A stretch of 63,058 nt of DNA, the filler included. It is 9 parts of 9 records of this genome, joined end to end, with 100 filler letters (N's around TTAATTAATTAA, not from the genome) between each part and the next. Parts side by side here need not be neighbours in the genome. Positions count along the whole stretch, not along the records: positions 18,917 to 24,503 come from SRR31147125_10745; positions 24,604 to 32,056 come from SRR31147125_10771; 7 more parts are not named here. One strand, 5' to 3'. Each line of letters opens with the position of its first letter. The stretch's first letter is position 1. Below, one piece after another: positions 19,938 to 31,045 of the stretch. The notes beneath the pieces are model-generated. The model saw only the letters and a list, made by a program, of their open reading frames with translations. It was not told where the DNA came from and did no database searches. A program made the position numbers and the translations under genes.

Positions 19938-21071
19938 TTATTTAAATACCTGCGTAACAAATTCGGCAAAGTAACGTCTGAAATAAGGCCATCCGTGTAT
20001 TCCTTCCACTTCATGAAAAGTAGTTTTATAACCCATTTCATTTAAAGTACTTGTAAAATATTTAGCTCCTTCGTAAGCCGGCGCACTTTTACCTTCGCCT
20101 GCCCAAACTTTAATACGATTTACATTCTTAGGATCTGCAATTTTCCCGGGATACTTTTCCATATAATGTGCAAAACGTTCTTCGGAATGTTTGTTACTGA
20201 AAAAGCCAACATAATCGAATTTATCCATGTGTTCAAAAAAGGTATCTTCAAGCATGTTTGGATAAGAAATTCCTCCAATTGCACTGTTTTCGCTTCCTGT
20301 TAAAACTTTGTAATTCTGTTCAATAAACGGAATAATATCGGTTGCCAGCATTTCTGCAAAAAGTTTACTATTATCCTGTCTGCGATCGCTTGGAAGCGGT
20401 AAATCGATTGCCCAAACCGAAGGCATTACAATAACCATTGGTTTTACTTTACCTTCTGCAATTAAATTATCCATAATTAAATGAATTTGCCCCACAGAAA
20501 TCCAACAATCGTCGTGATCGCCACCTGCATGAAAATTATAAAATACCGGATATTTATCATCACTGGAATCATATCCGGGAGGATAATAAATATGCATACG
20601 TTTGGTTTTATTTATTACTGAAGATTGATAATGAATAATCCCAACTTGTCCGTGAGGAACCTCTTTTTCCATTAAAAAATCAGCTTCTTCGCCCGGAACT
20701 AGAAACATATTTTCGGTTACCCGAACTCCTGGTTTAATCCAGCCATTATCCTGGTCGAGTACTCTTAAGCCATCAACTATAAAACTATAAGAATAAATAT
20801 CGGGAGTTAAAGGTTCCACAGTTAACGACCACATTCCCTGGTCATCTTTATGCATTTCTTTATTATCTTCTTCTGTCTTCCAAAAATCTCCCGACATAGT
20901 AATTTTATTCGCATCGGGAGCTAAAAATCGAAAAGTTATTGAATTATCTGCATGTATTTCAGGTGAATTTATTGATTCTTTTGGCTGACCATTCACCGAT
21001 ATATATAAACTGAAAAAGAGAAAAATCAGGATTATCGGAGTTTTAAAAGAAGTAGAATAAATTGATTTCAT
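19938..21071 (-). CDS. CBM48/E-set + alpha/beta-hydrolase esterase (CE1-like) paralog
   Basis: Same architecture; C-terminal GIHGWPYFR catalytic-His region. Confidence 0.85.
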   Translation of the reverse strand: MKSIYSTSFKTPIILIFLFFSLYISVNGQPKESINSPEIHADNSITFRFLAPDANKITMSGDFWKTEEDNKEMHKDDQGMWSLTVEPLTPDIYSYSFIVDGLRVLDQDNGWIKPGVRVTENMFLVPGEEADFLMEKEVPHGQVGIIHYQSSVINKTKRMHIYYPPGYDSSDDKYPVFYNFHAGGDHDDCWISVGQIHLIMDNLIAEGKVKPMVIVMPSVWAIDLPLPSDRRQDNSKLFAEMLATDIIPFIEQNYKVLTGSENSAIGGISYPNMLEDTFFEHMDKFDYVGFFSNKHSEERFAHYMEKYPGKIADPKNVNRIKVWAGEGKSAPAYEGAKYFTSTLNEMGYKTTFHEVEGIHGWPYFRRYFAEFVTQVFK

Positions 21072-21111
21072 AATTATTGTTGTTTAAAAAAGTTATTGAT
21101 TTATAAATCGA

Positions 21112-23364
21112 TTATAACCTAAAGGTGTGTGTGTATTTTAACATTATTGTCCGGTTAAAATAATCGGGAATTTGAAGTTCGGTTAATGAATCACCGATAT
21201 TTCTGTATTCGTTAAAAACCAGGTAAAAATCATTGCCTTCGCGCGGATTATAACGAAGTCGGAAATTACTGATTAAATCATCGGTGGTACTAATATATTG
21301 CGCATAAATACTGGCCGAAACTTGTGTATTCAACATGTAAGTAACTCGTCCGCTTGCACTGTGAATATTAATTTCCTGACCTCTTTCAGGAAACGAAATA
21401 TGATTAAACTGGTAACTCCCGGTTAATTCTAAATCGGATGAAATATTAAAATATGGTGTTATTGCAATTCCATTATTATATCCATCGTAAAATTCACCTA
21501 AATCGCCTTTTACACTTAATGAAATTGGTTTTGTAGAAGGAGTGGAAATAGCATATTTTCCACTGACAAATTTGTAATTTCCAATATTTACAAGAACTTC
21601 ATCTTTTTCAGAAATGGTGTATTCACGTTGTACTCCTTCCTGCTGAAAATCGACTGAAAAACTATACCTAAAACCAGATTTGGTATTCAGTTCCCAACCC
21701 GGGCTAATCGACATCGATTCAAGTTTCCCGTCTTCTAACCGAATAAACCTAGAAAACCTCACATTTGCCTGGTAGGTGTAAAACTTAGATTCGGCTCCCG
21801 GAATCCATCCATATTGTAAATTTGTTGAAACTTTTTTCATACTTCCCTGACGAACAAATCCGATTCCGGGATTAAATTCCTGACCGGTATAAGCGGCTCC
21901 TACTTCATACGCAAATCCTTTTTCCGACCTTCTTTTTAATTTGATATAAAAAAAAGTAGGATCAAAACTATTTAACTTATTATCTAACTGGCTATCATAT
22001 GTCTGAGCAAGTTTAACATCCAGATAATCATCGCCATAAACTCTTATAATACCGTCGACTCCGTACGCAAAATTATGCGAACCATCCATGCCAAGCCGCG
22101 AAGTAAACATGCCACCAACAAACGAATTATCATTTATCACCTTTCTTCTCATTCTGAAAACTCCAAAATTTTCGCTCGGAGTTTCCCGAAATTTTTCAGT
22201 TTGCATATTAATCACTCCAAGATCCCAATTTCCTACTCGTCCTACTAATCGCGCACCTCCAAAAATTTTCACAGGAATACCTTCTGATGAAAGTCCTATA
22301 TTACGACTGTAAAACATGTATGAACTTCCGCCCAAATTGTACTGAAACAAACTTGAACGTTCCTGAAAAAACATCCTTTTCTCGGGGAAATAAAGTGAAT
22401 ATCTTGTTAAATTCACTTGTTGGTCATCTGCTTCAACCTGTGCAAAATCGGTGTTAGCAGTTAAGTCGAGTGTTAAATTGCTATTTATACTATATTTTAC
22501 ATCTAACCCTGCATTAAAGTCGGGATTATCTTTTTTCACATAAGTATTACCTTCTTCGTTTAATGCAAAATCTCTTGAAAAACCTCCAATAACATAAGGC
22601 GAAATATAAACCGGATTAGTTGATTGAATTCCATCAAAAGCGATATCGCCCGCCAACGAGGGTTTTGATGTTCCGTTATAACCATATTTTGGATCAATTT
22701 TAGGCCATGTATCTTTCTCGTTTCTTGAGCTAATTATTCGATTAACTAAAAGCCCCATGGTTGCCCTATTGTTTTCGGGTTTAAAACGAAGGCTTGAAAA
22801 TGGAATTCGAATTTCGACATACCACCCTTTGTCATCGCGAGTAGTTTTAACATCCCAGAAAGTATTCCAGCTTAAATTCTGCCAGGCATTTCCACTTCCT
22901 CCTGAACTGCCACTTCCTCCCGATGCATCCTGAGAAATTGTATAATCAATTCGAGCTCCGGTTGGCATAGTATAAAAAGCCATTGCATTTTCATTGTCGT
23001 TAAAACCGTCGATTATTATTCCAAACATATCGGAGCTTTTACTTTTATCATCGCGCTTTTTACTGGTAGCCATAATTTTAGAAGCATCTTTCATAAAAAG
23101 CCGAGCACCAATCCATAAAAACTCATCGTCGTAAGCAATCATTACTTCACTACTTTCTAATGGTTCGGCACCAAAATTTGGTTTGTTCTGTGTTAATGAA
23201 AAATATTCAAGATTATCCCATGCACTTTCATAAGGATAACCATCAAATTCAACTGGTAGATCCAACCGTTTTATTTCAACACTATTCTGAGCTACTGCCT
23301 GAACACAAAAAAATAACACCAGAAATAGTGAAGAAAACATTAATGTAAACTGTTTCATACTCAA
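21112..23364 (-). CDS. CBM9-like + DUF5916 outer-membrane protein
   Basis: Signal peptide; EIRIPFSSLRF; LDLTANTDFAQVEAD; FPEKRMFFQE; C-terminal beta-barrel pattern. Confidence 0.85.
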   Translation of the reverse strand: MSMKQFTLMFSSLFLVLFFCVQAVAQNSVEIKRLDLPVEFDGYPYESAWDNLEYFSLTQNKPNFGAEPLESSEVMIAYDDEFLWIGARLFMKDASKIMATSKKRDDKSKSSDMFGIIIDGFNDNENAMAFYTMPTGARIDYTISQDASGGSGSSGGSGNAWQNLSWNTFWDVKTTRDDKGWYVEIRIPFSSLRFKPENNRATMGLLVNRIISSRNEKDTWPKIDPKYGYNGTSKPSLAGDIAFDGIQSTNPVYISPYVIGGFSRDFALNEEGNTYVKKDNPDFNAGLDVKYSINSNLTLDLTANTDFAQVEADDQQVNLTRYSLYFPEKRMFFQERSSLFQYNLGGSSYMFYSRNIGLSSEGIPVKIFGGARLVGRVGNWDLGVINMQTEKFRETPSENFGVFRMRRKVINDNSFVGGMFTSRLGMDGSHNFAYGVDGIIRVYGDDYLDVKLAQTYDSQLDNKLNSFDPTFFYIKLKRRSEKGFAYEVGAAYTGQEFNPGIGFVRQGSMKKVSTNLQYGWIPGAESKFYTYQANVRFSRFIRLEDGKLESMSISPGWELNTKSGFRYSFSVDFQQEGVQREYTISEKDEVLVNIGNYKFVSGKYAISTPSTKPISLSVKGDLGEFYDGYNNGIAITPYFNISSDLELTGSYQFNHISFPERGQEINIHSASGRVTYMLNTQVSASIYAQYISTTDDLISNFRLRYNPREGNDFYLVFNEYRNIGDSLTELQIPDYFNRTIMLKYTHTFRL

Positions 23365-23370
23365 CTCACA

Positions 23371-24503
23371 CTATACAATTGAAGGAAGAGTTTTTCTGGC
23401 CTCTCTGTCGGGATCATTCTGAACTTCACAAACATCATCCAAAAACATTAATTCTCCTTTTTTCGATGAATATTTTGGCCATTCCGGCAGGCCGCCACCA
23501 TTTGGATTTCCCGTTTTCATAAATTGAACCAATGAAGCCGACATTTTTTGAGACAATGCTCTTGGACGGGCTCCTCCCCCTGTATGAGATAACATTAAAT
23601 CGGTATTATTAAGCCAATAACAGATATCAACACAATGAAAATCGCGCAACCTGCCATCAAACAAAGGTGGTTGCCAGCCGAACCATGAGATATAAATTGG
23701 TGCTTCATGTTTCACTTTTAATTCTGCAATATAATTTGTTGCCTGCCTGTGTTTGGTAATCATCGACCAAATTTCAACCGGTTTATTATCAGGAAAAGCA
23801 TTTCTGTAAGCCGTTACTACTTCTTCGGCCTGTTCTCTTAGCATACCTGAAATAGCTTGTCCTCCGGGAGCCAATTTTATTTTTCTTTCCACGAGATTAT
23901 CAACAACACCACTAAAATTGATATCTTCAACCGATGCATCCAACAAACTTGGCGAACATTCGTTAAGCGCAGAACAAATCATCATTGGTGTATCCACAAT
24001 ATTTGGAGCCAAATCGGGATAATACGGGTGGCGGGTAATATTTATACCATCAATCGATGAGCCAAAACCAGCCCTGTAATTTGGATTTCCTTCTTTTTTG
24101 GCTTTTTCATTAATTTCAGACATTGCATCTCTTGCCAAAACATAATAATCCTGCCAGGGCATCTCCTGAAGTTTATCGATATCTTCTGGTTTTAATCCGG
24201 CTTTTTCAACAATATGTGCACCCAGTTTTTGCTGTGGTTCCTGTTCGCGTATTTTGATTGTTGCGGTACTTAAAAGTACTGCTTTATGAAATAATCCTTT
24301 TGCTTTTGGCATTGTCATGGTAACACTTACTTTTGAAGTTCCACCTGATTGTCCCATAATTGTCACATTATTAGGATCGCCACCAAAATTTTCAATATTA
24401 TCTTTCACCCACTCAAGAGCAAATACAATATCGAGCATGCCAACATTACCTGATTCGGCATATTTTTCACCTCCAACCAATGATAAATCGGTTGCTCCCA
24501 TTG
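23371..24503 (-). CDS. Carboxylesterase type B family (5' truncated)
   Basis: ALEWVKDNIENFGGDPNNVTIMGQSGG. Confidence 0.92.
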
Positions 24504-24603
24504 NNNNNNNNNNNNNNNNNNNNNNNNNNNNNNNNNNNNNNNNNNNNTTAATTAATTAANNNNNNNNNNNNNNNNNNNNNNNNNNNNNNNNNNNNNNNNN
24601 NNN
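24504..24603. other. Artificial contig linker
   Basis: N-run + TTAATTAATTAA + N-run. Confidence 0.98.
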
Positions 24604-24802
24604 AAAAAGCAAACATAAAACTAAGAAATTATAAACCAAAATACTATCTTTTTCATATGTTTTCCTCCTTGTATATTTACAATATTAAGAAATAATTTTA
24701 ATGTCAAATACAAAGAAAAATATATTTTCTCATGCAAAAATTTCGAAAATGAACCTCTTGAAATTCTTAATAAATTACCAAATAATATACTTAAAAAATA
24801 TA

Positions 24803-24830
24803 TTGACAACGTAAAATTTTGTGGTATAAA
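24803..24830 (+). promoter_or_regulatory. Sigma70 promoter for the zinc-ribbon microprotein
   Basis: TTGACA-N16-TATAAA with TG extension. Confidence 0.55.
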
Positions 24831-24886
24831 TATATTATAAAAATATCGCCAATTAATTTGGTCGTGCATAAGAAAGGAGCAACATT

Positions 24887-25066
24887 ATGGTGTGCTGTTA
24901 TGAATGTGGCATGGAGTTTAATAGTAGATTTAAAAACGAAAGACTCCAAGCGTATGACCCTAATAAACATGCTTGGTCATATGAATGTCCTAATTGCGGT
25001 AATCCTAGTTTTGACGAAGATGATTATTATGAGTTAGATGATGATGATGAATACGTCGAAGAATAA
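24887..25066 (+). CDS. Unannotated 59-aa zinc-ribbon protein with acidic tail
   Basis: MVCCYECGMEFNSRFKNERLQAYDPNKHAWSYECPNCGNPSFDEDDYYELDDDDEYVEE; RBS GAAAGGAG. Confidence 0.8.
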   Translation: MVCCYECGMEFNSRFKNERLQAYDPNKHAWSYECPNCGNPSFDEDDYYELDDDDEYVEE

Positions 25067-25092
25067 GATTAACTATCTTTTTTAATGTTGTA

Positions 25093-25119
25093 AAAAGCCA
25101 TCCTTATAAAGATGGCTTC
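25093..25119. terminator. Terminator between convergent genes
   Basis: AAGCCATC...GATGGCTT hairpin flanked by an A-run. Confidence 0.6.
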
Positions 25120-25124
25120 AAAAA

Positions 25125-26036
25125 TTATCCTTTAATCATACCGTACCTAATTTTTATATAGTGATATATCTCTTTTGGGATATTGATATCACAACAAGTA
25201 TGTAACCCTTCGAAGCCTGGTGAAGAATTTACCTCACATATTTTGAAATGATCTTCATCAATCAAAAGGTCAACTCCTGCAATATCTAATCCTAAAATTC
25301 TTGCAGATTCTGTTGCAAGCCATTCGATTTCTGGAGTGATTTCATGCTGTTTTACGCTTCCGCCAAGTGAGTAGTTTGCTTTAAAGTTTGAATCACCCGC
25401 AATTCTTTCCATACAACCGATAACTCTTCCACCAACTACAAATACACGTATGTCTCTACCAAAGCTTGTTTTCACAAATTCCTGTAAAATAAGATTGAAC
25501 TTAGAATTTGTAATTTCAATAATTTGAGCTAAGTCTATTAAGTTTGATTTTTTCTCGGCTAAAAAAACACCTTTTCCTTGAGATCCAGAAACAGTTTTAA
25601 GAACCACAGGAAAACCGATTTGTTTTTCAACTAAATCCATGTTAATAGGAAACTTCATAAGCATAGTTTTTGGAACAGGTATATTATTTTCTGCTAATAT
25701 CTGTTGTGTAAACAACTTGTCCTTTACCGTTTCAATACCTATAGAAGAGTTGATACACGGAACACCAAGTTTTTCTAAGTGTCGTAATATCGATAGAGTG
25801 TAGTAAGTTGTAGTAGCTCCCATTCTTGGAAGCACAAAGTCTGGCAGAGAAACAGGCTTGCCGTCAACTAAAATACTTTTTCTATCTTCTCTGGTTACGA
25901 TGATATCAAACTGTTCTGGTTTAAGAACTTTAAGTTCGATACCCATCTCATTTGCTGTATCAACAAATGCATCAATTTCATACGATTCAGGTTTTATGTT
26001 CATCGCTGAATCTTTGTAAATAATCCAACCTTGCAT
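25125..26036 (-). CDS. RimK family ATP-grasp alpha-L-glutamate ligase
   Basis: DKLFTQQIL, GSQGKGV, QEFV, DIRVFVVG, GVDLL, EVNSSPG; RBS AAGGAG before ATG 26036. Confidence 0.92.
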   Translation of the reverse strand: MQGWIIYKDSAMNIKPESYEIDAFVDTANEMGIELKVLKPEQFDIIVTREDRKSILVDGKPVSLPDFVLPRMGATTTYYTLSILRHLEKLGVPCINSSIGIETVKDKLFTQQILAENNIPVPKTMLMKFPINMDLVEKQIGFPVVLKTVSGSQGKGVFLAEKKSNLIDLAQIIEITNSKFNLILQEFVKTSFGRDIRVFVVGGRVIGCMERIAGDSNFKANYSLGGSVKQHEITPEIEWLATESARILGLDIAGVDLLIDEDHFKICEVNSSPGFEGLHTCCDINIPKEIYHYIKIRYGMIKG

Positions 26037-26255
26037 AGCAAATCTCCTTGCTGATTTCATTTTTCTTATTAGATTTTACTGCAATCCAATTTGCTATGCA
26101 ACAACAAAATATTGAACATTTGTAATTTTAAATACGATTATTTTTTATATTGAAAACTCGATTTTGTTATCTATTTCCCATCACTCTTGCCAATCAACTT
26201 CATCTTATAACAGGGACTAAAAACCAAACATCAAGTTTTTTGAACCAATCATTGC

Positions 26256-26633
26256 TTAATTGGCGCGAGTTTTCTTTTTTGTTACCAAGTATATGACCAA
26301 TAGGATTAGTGTTGGTATATTTAGTTGAATAAAAAGTAAAAGTGAATTCATTACAAACAGTACTGATTTGGAGTAGTCGATACCCATTTCTATTTTATCT
26401 GATTGAATCAGTATTGTCTTACCACTTTTGCCAATTTCGGTCGTAGTAATACCGGATTCTGTTTGCGTGTTAAATGCAGCAAAACCTATTATAACGATTA
26501 AAGATATAACAACTGCGATTGCAGGTAAAATTAGTCCCAACCATTTATTTTGACTTTTTGATAAATAAAACTGAAGCCAAATGATCAAGCCAAATATTAA
26601 AAGCGTTGAAATTAGAATTATTAAATTAAACAT
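26256..26633 (-). CDS. Hypothetical membrane protein
   Basis: Three hydrophobic segments; LQFYLSK...WLGLILP; RBS GAGGTG. Confidence 0.75.
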   Translation of the reverse strand: MFNLIILISTLLIFGLIIWLQFYLSKSQNKWLGLILPAIAVVISLIVIIGFAAFNTQTESGITTTEIGKSGKTILIQSDKIEMGIDYSKSVLFVMNSLLLFIQLNIPTLILLVIYLVTKKKTRAN

Positions 26634-26817
26634 TTTTTCACCTCATAAGTTTAGTTTTCTGTGCTAAATCGATTAACTTATCGCCGGCTGGCAACATAGA
26701 TAATTCTTGTTGTGAAATGCCTTTGCTTTTGCTGGGTATAGTGCCATGGGATACCTCCTTAAAAATGGTATAAAAAAAGCAATTGATAAACAAATGCTAA
26801 TTCTTCTCATCCTACAT

Positions 26818-27363
26818 CTATTTAGAATCTTTATATTTTCTATAATAGTAGTAGCTGTCACTTTCCATATTAGGTTGTTTATGACTAACAGGTATTCGCT
26901 TTTCAAATAATTCAAAACTGCATTTCTCAGCAAGCATACACGAGGGAACATTTGCACTATCTATGGTCAATATTAGATATTTAATATCAGAAACACTAAA
27001 ACACCATTGTACTAATGCATCGACAGCTTCTTTTGTATATCCGCGTCGCTGGTGTTTTTCAGACATAAAATATGCGACTTCGACTTCATTTAATGTGTCT
27101 TCTAATCCCATGCCTACCATGCCAATCATTTCGTCAGTATCTTTTAAAGCAATAGCGTATCGCTTATTCCTATAAATATTTGTAGAATCCTTTTGAGTTT
27201 GTAGCCAATCGATATATTCATAATAGTCTTTTGCGCAACTTTTATTTTCTGCCCAATCTGGCATAAAGCGCAGAATGTTTTTCTCTCTAACAATGCGAAA
27301 AATATTCTCCGCATCTTTTCGTTCAAAGTCTCTAATAAATATGCTTTTTGCCGTTATCCTCAT
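26818..27363 (-). CDS. GNAT (RimJ/RimL-type) acetyltransferase
   Basis: EVAYFMSEKHQRRGYTKEAV; NVPS...AEKCSF. Confidence 0.88.
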   Translation of the reverse strand: MRITAKSIFIRDFERKDAENIFRIVREKNILRFMPDWAENKSCAKDYYEYIDWLQTQKDSTNIYRNKRYAIALKDTDEMIGMVGMGLEDTLNEVEVAYFMSEKHQRRGYTKEAVDALVQWCFSVSDIKYLILTIDSANVPSCMLAEKCSFELFEKRIPVSHKQPNMESDSYYYYRKYKDSK

Positions 27364-27544
27364 ACAATAAGACCCTCCAAAATATGTGTAATTATTACTT
27401 ATTTGATTTATTATAACATATATGTTTATTAACTTTTAGTCTTTGGTTTTCCAATCGAATTCATAAATGAAATACTCAATTAAAAATGACTATAACAAGT
27501 TTTTATGTTATAGCCATTTGAAAATAATGAGTTAATTGTACTGT

Positions 27545-27862
27545 TTATATTGCACTATCAAGAGCCTTTACATAGTAGTCTTTTGGCTTAACACCTACCG
27601 ATGAATCTATAATTTTTCCACCCTTGAAAATCATAACGGATGGTATGGACATAATATTATACTGCCTTGCTATCTCTTGAGCTTCATCCACATTTACTTT
27701 TCCAACAATAGCTTTTCCGTTATAATCATTCGAAAGCTCCTCAATAGTAGGTCCAAGCATTTTACATGGACCACACCATGCTGCCCAAAAATCTATGAGT
27801 ACTGGGGTTTCTGAGTTTTCTATTATTCTCGAAAAATTTTCCTTTGTTACATTTAATGCCAT
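27545..27862 (-). CDS. trxA: Thioredoxin
   Basis: DFWAAWCGPCK. Confidence 0.96.
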   Translation of the reverse strand: MALNVTKENFSRIIENSETPVLIDFWAAWCGPCKMLGPTIEELSNDYNGKAIVGKVNVDEAQEIARQYNIMSIPSVMIFKGGKIIDSSVGVKPKDYYVKALDSAI

Positions 27863-27931
27863 ATTTGTATCCTCCTAATTATTAAATTATTCAATTTTTA
27901 TTTATTAAACAACATCGTAAAATTTAGCAAA

Positions 27932-28549
27932 TTACTTTGTTGCTATCATCATATAAACTAGTTCGTTAATCTTCTTAACGGATATGTTCTTGTAATCTGC
28001 ATCAGCTAATAGTTTCGCAACTTCACTTTGTGAGATAAAATCTTCATTGGCTTTTGTTTGATCATCTGATTTTTTATTTTCATTTGCAAATTCTACAATA
28101 AATATTTTGCCATTAGGTTTTAAAAATCGACGATATATTTTTAAGAATTGTTTTCTTTCCTTAACTTCATGAAGAACAGTGCACATGAATACTTTGTCTA
28201 TGCTGTTATCTTCAACGCCTAGAATATCCATACCGTTATCAAACTTGCTGTGCTCCAATGCATGTTTGCCATTATCTACATGGATTGGAGTAATATTATC
28301 TATGGAATTTCTTAAAATTTCTCGTTTTAATAATTCCAGCGGTTGTTTATCAATATCTAATGCAAAAACTTCTCCATTTCTTGCTTTATCTGCAAAAGGT
28401 AACGAAAATGCGCCAGTACATGCACCAACATCCATGATTTTATCATCAGGATTTATATTCAAGTTCGCAATAATGCAATTAAGACCAAAATCTTCAAGTC
28501 TTTGCTTGCTGTCCATTATTTGAATTTTTTGTTCATCCATTTTTATCAC
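27932..28549 (-). CDS. Class I SAM-dependent methyltransferase
   Basis: MDVGACTG, ALDID, VLHEV, LKPNGKIFIVEF. Confidence 0.88.
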   Translation of the reverse strand: MIKMDEQKIQIMDSKQRLEDFGLNCIIANLNINPDDKIMDVGACTGAFSLPFADKARNGEVFALDIDKQPLELLKREILRNSIDNITPIHVDNGKHALEHSKFDNGMDILGVEDNSIDKVFMCTVLHEVKERKQFLKIYRRFLKPNGKIFIVEFANENKKSDDQTKANEDFISQSEVAKLLADADYKNISVKKINELVYMMIATK

Positions 28550-28940
28550 CTAATTTCTTGTCTGTATTATTAATATAAACCTAGTTAGTAAAAAGTATGT
28601 AATAAAGTTACATAGCAGATATTTTTTTTAAATTAAAACTCTTTATTGCAACAATTGATCTAACTCAAACTCTAAATCATTATTATTACTTTGTTCCCAA
28701 TAATGCTAAAAAGTAAAGGGCTAAAACCTTATCAATTATTATTGTTTGCTTTATCTTTATAAAAAATTGCTTGAAAACCAAATAGCATATGATAGAACTA
28801 AAATAGTATATATCAATCAAAAATGTTAATGATATTCACTCGGGGAATTGTATATTATTAACATTTAGTACATATATCCGTGTTATAATACTATTTATGT
28901 TGCATTTTATAATATTTGTAGCATGATGCTAGGGGTAAGT

Positions 28941-29633
28941 ATGATTAGGATTGCTATATGCGATGATGATGTAAAATTATGTAATCGTTTAGAAGAATAT
29001 TTGTTAAAAACAAGTTTTGCAAGTGAGTTTACAGATAATATTGATATTTATTATAGTGGTGAGCAATTGATAAAAGCTTTAGAATGTGAAGATAAATATG
29101 ATATTCTTTTATTAGATGTTTCTTTAGGTGGCATAGATGGCATTGAAGTTAGAAAAATCATTCGACAAAAACTAAGGGATATACATATGGAAATTATATA
29201 TATGAGTGCTGACAAAGATAATATTTGGAATATAGCTGCTGAAAAGTCGTCTGGATTTCTTGTTAAGCCAATAAACATAGACAGATTAGAGTATTTGCTT
29301 AGTGAATCGGTGAAAGTCGTAAGAAAGCAAAACCCATTATTTTATTATAGAAAAGCAAGAATATTAAATAGTTTACATCTTGATTCAATATATTATTTTG
29401 AAACTTTCGGTAAGAAAGTAAAAATAATAACAGAAAATGAAGTTGTTGAATTCTACGAGAGTTTATCTAATATAGTTAGTAAACGTCTGCCTCGCTTTAT
29501 AAAGATATCATCATCTCATTACGTAAATTTCAAGTATATTGATAATTGTTCTCTGTCTACAGTTTTTATGAAAGACGGAAAACAACTGCCGATAAGTAAT
29601 TCACAACGTCAACATGTAAAAAAGAATGATTAA
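28941..29633 (+). CDS. LytTR family response regulator (AgrA-like)
   Basis: IAICDDD, LLDV, FLVKP receiver motifs; IYYFE, SHYVN, LPIS LytTR motifs. Confidence 0.9.
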   Translation: MIRIAICDDDVKLCNRLEEYLLKTSFASEFTDNIDIYYSGEQLIKALECEDKYDILLLDVSLGGIDGIEVRKIIRQKLRDIHMEIIYMSADKDNIWNIAAEKSSGFLVKPINIDRLEYLLSESVKVVRKQNPLFYYRKARILNSLHLDSIYYFETFGKKVKIITENEVVEFYESLSNIVSKRLPRFIKISSSHYVNFKYIDNCSLSTVFMKDGKQLPISNSQRQHVKKND

Positions 29634-29660
29634 ACTGACAGGACAGGAGGCTAATAAATA

Positions 29661-30942
29661 GTGAGTACATATTCAATGATAGCTTACTTATTTATAAATA
29701 TTTTTTCAGTATATTTGTATGCAAGGGCATTTGAGGTTTTTTTAAAAGAAGATGTAATATATACATATATACCTTAGTTTATCTTGCTTTTCTTATTGTG
29801 AATAGCGTTCTTCATTTAGTGTATTTGAATATGAGACTAAATATAATTGTGAATTTATTTTTTTCACAGTAGTATCATTCCTATACAAAGGAAAAATTCT
29901 ATTAAGATTCATAGTGGCATTTTTAATTTATGCATCATTTTTTGCAATCGAATCTATTGTTGGAGGAACTTTTAATATATTTTATAAAGATATTATTGAA
30001 GCTGGCAACTCTATAGTTCTTATAACTGCGATGGTAGCATCTAGAATATTATGTTATGTAACTTTACTTATTATAAGTTGGAATAGAAATTCTTCAGACA
30101 TAAATATAATAAAAAAACCAAGAATTATTATTATATTTGTAATGTGTATTATTATGTTAGTTTACTCATATATGCTTCCAATATATAGTCATGATGTTCT
30201 ATTTGTTCTCATTTGTTCCATTACCTTATGTGTTGTTTCGGTATTAGCTTTCGGATTTATTGAGCTATACGCTAAAGCTGCAAACGCAAAATTGGATAAA
30301 GAAGTATTTGAAGTACAGGTATCTGCGTATTCGAATGAAATAAAGAAGGTAAGTGATGTATATTCGAGTATTAGGCAAGTAAAGCATAGTATTAAGGCGG
30401 AGTTAGATGTTATTTATGAAAAGCTTGAGAGTGGAAAACTTGAGGAAGCAAAAAGATACCTGAATGAAGCTTATGGATATGTCCAAAATGTAGAGAGGTT
30501 AGTTGCAACTAAAAATGTAGACCTAAACAGTTTACTTAATTATAAATTGTCGCAAGCTAAAAACGTTGATATAACTATAGATCTAAAGTTAAGAATTGAT
30601 GGTGAAATAAATATAAATTCTCATGAGCTAGTAGTATTAATTGGAAATCTTATAGATAATGCTATTGAAGCTGTTAGAAACTTAAAAAAGGAAAATCGTC
30701 ATATAGAGCTGATAATTGCATTAGCGAAAAGTATTTTTTACATTAAGGTAAAGAATCTTTTTGAAGGATTAGTAATTGAAAATAAAGGGGTGTTAAAAAC
30801 CACTAAAAGAAATAAAAATGATCACGGTTATGGAATTGCACATGTTAAAAGGATTGTAGATAAATATGAAGGTTCATTATCCATCGATTATGATGATTAT
30901 TTTATAGTTGAAGTTACACTATATAATCCAATAAAAAATTAA
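29661..30942 (+). CDS. GHKL sensor histidine kinase (AgrC-like); 5' part frameshifted
   Basis: RQVKHS, GNLIDNAIEA, TTK...HGYGI; RBS GGAGG + GTG at 29661 with a broken TM-coding 5' region. Confidence 0.85.
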
Positions 30943-30965
30943 ATTAATTTTTCCTTTAAAGTCGC

Positions 30966-31000
30966 AAAAAATTCCCATTTGAAGAAAAATGGGATTTTTT
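30966..31000 (+). terminator. Inverted repeat / terminator
   Basis: AAAAAATTCCCATTT...AAATGGGATTTTTT. Confidence 0.55.
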
Positions 31001-31045
31001 ATTGTTATAATTTAGAAAATACCTAATAACAAAAGGAGAATATCT

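Noticed and set aside
24621-25037. Track ORFs 24621-24869 (-) and 24819-25037 (+)
   Set aside because: They span the promoter region. The RBS-supported ORF is 24887-25066; only a short truncated MKKIVFW start at the contig edge may be real.
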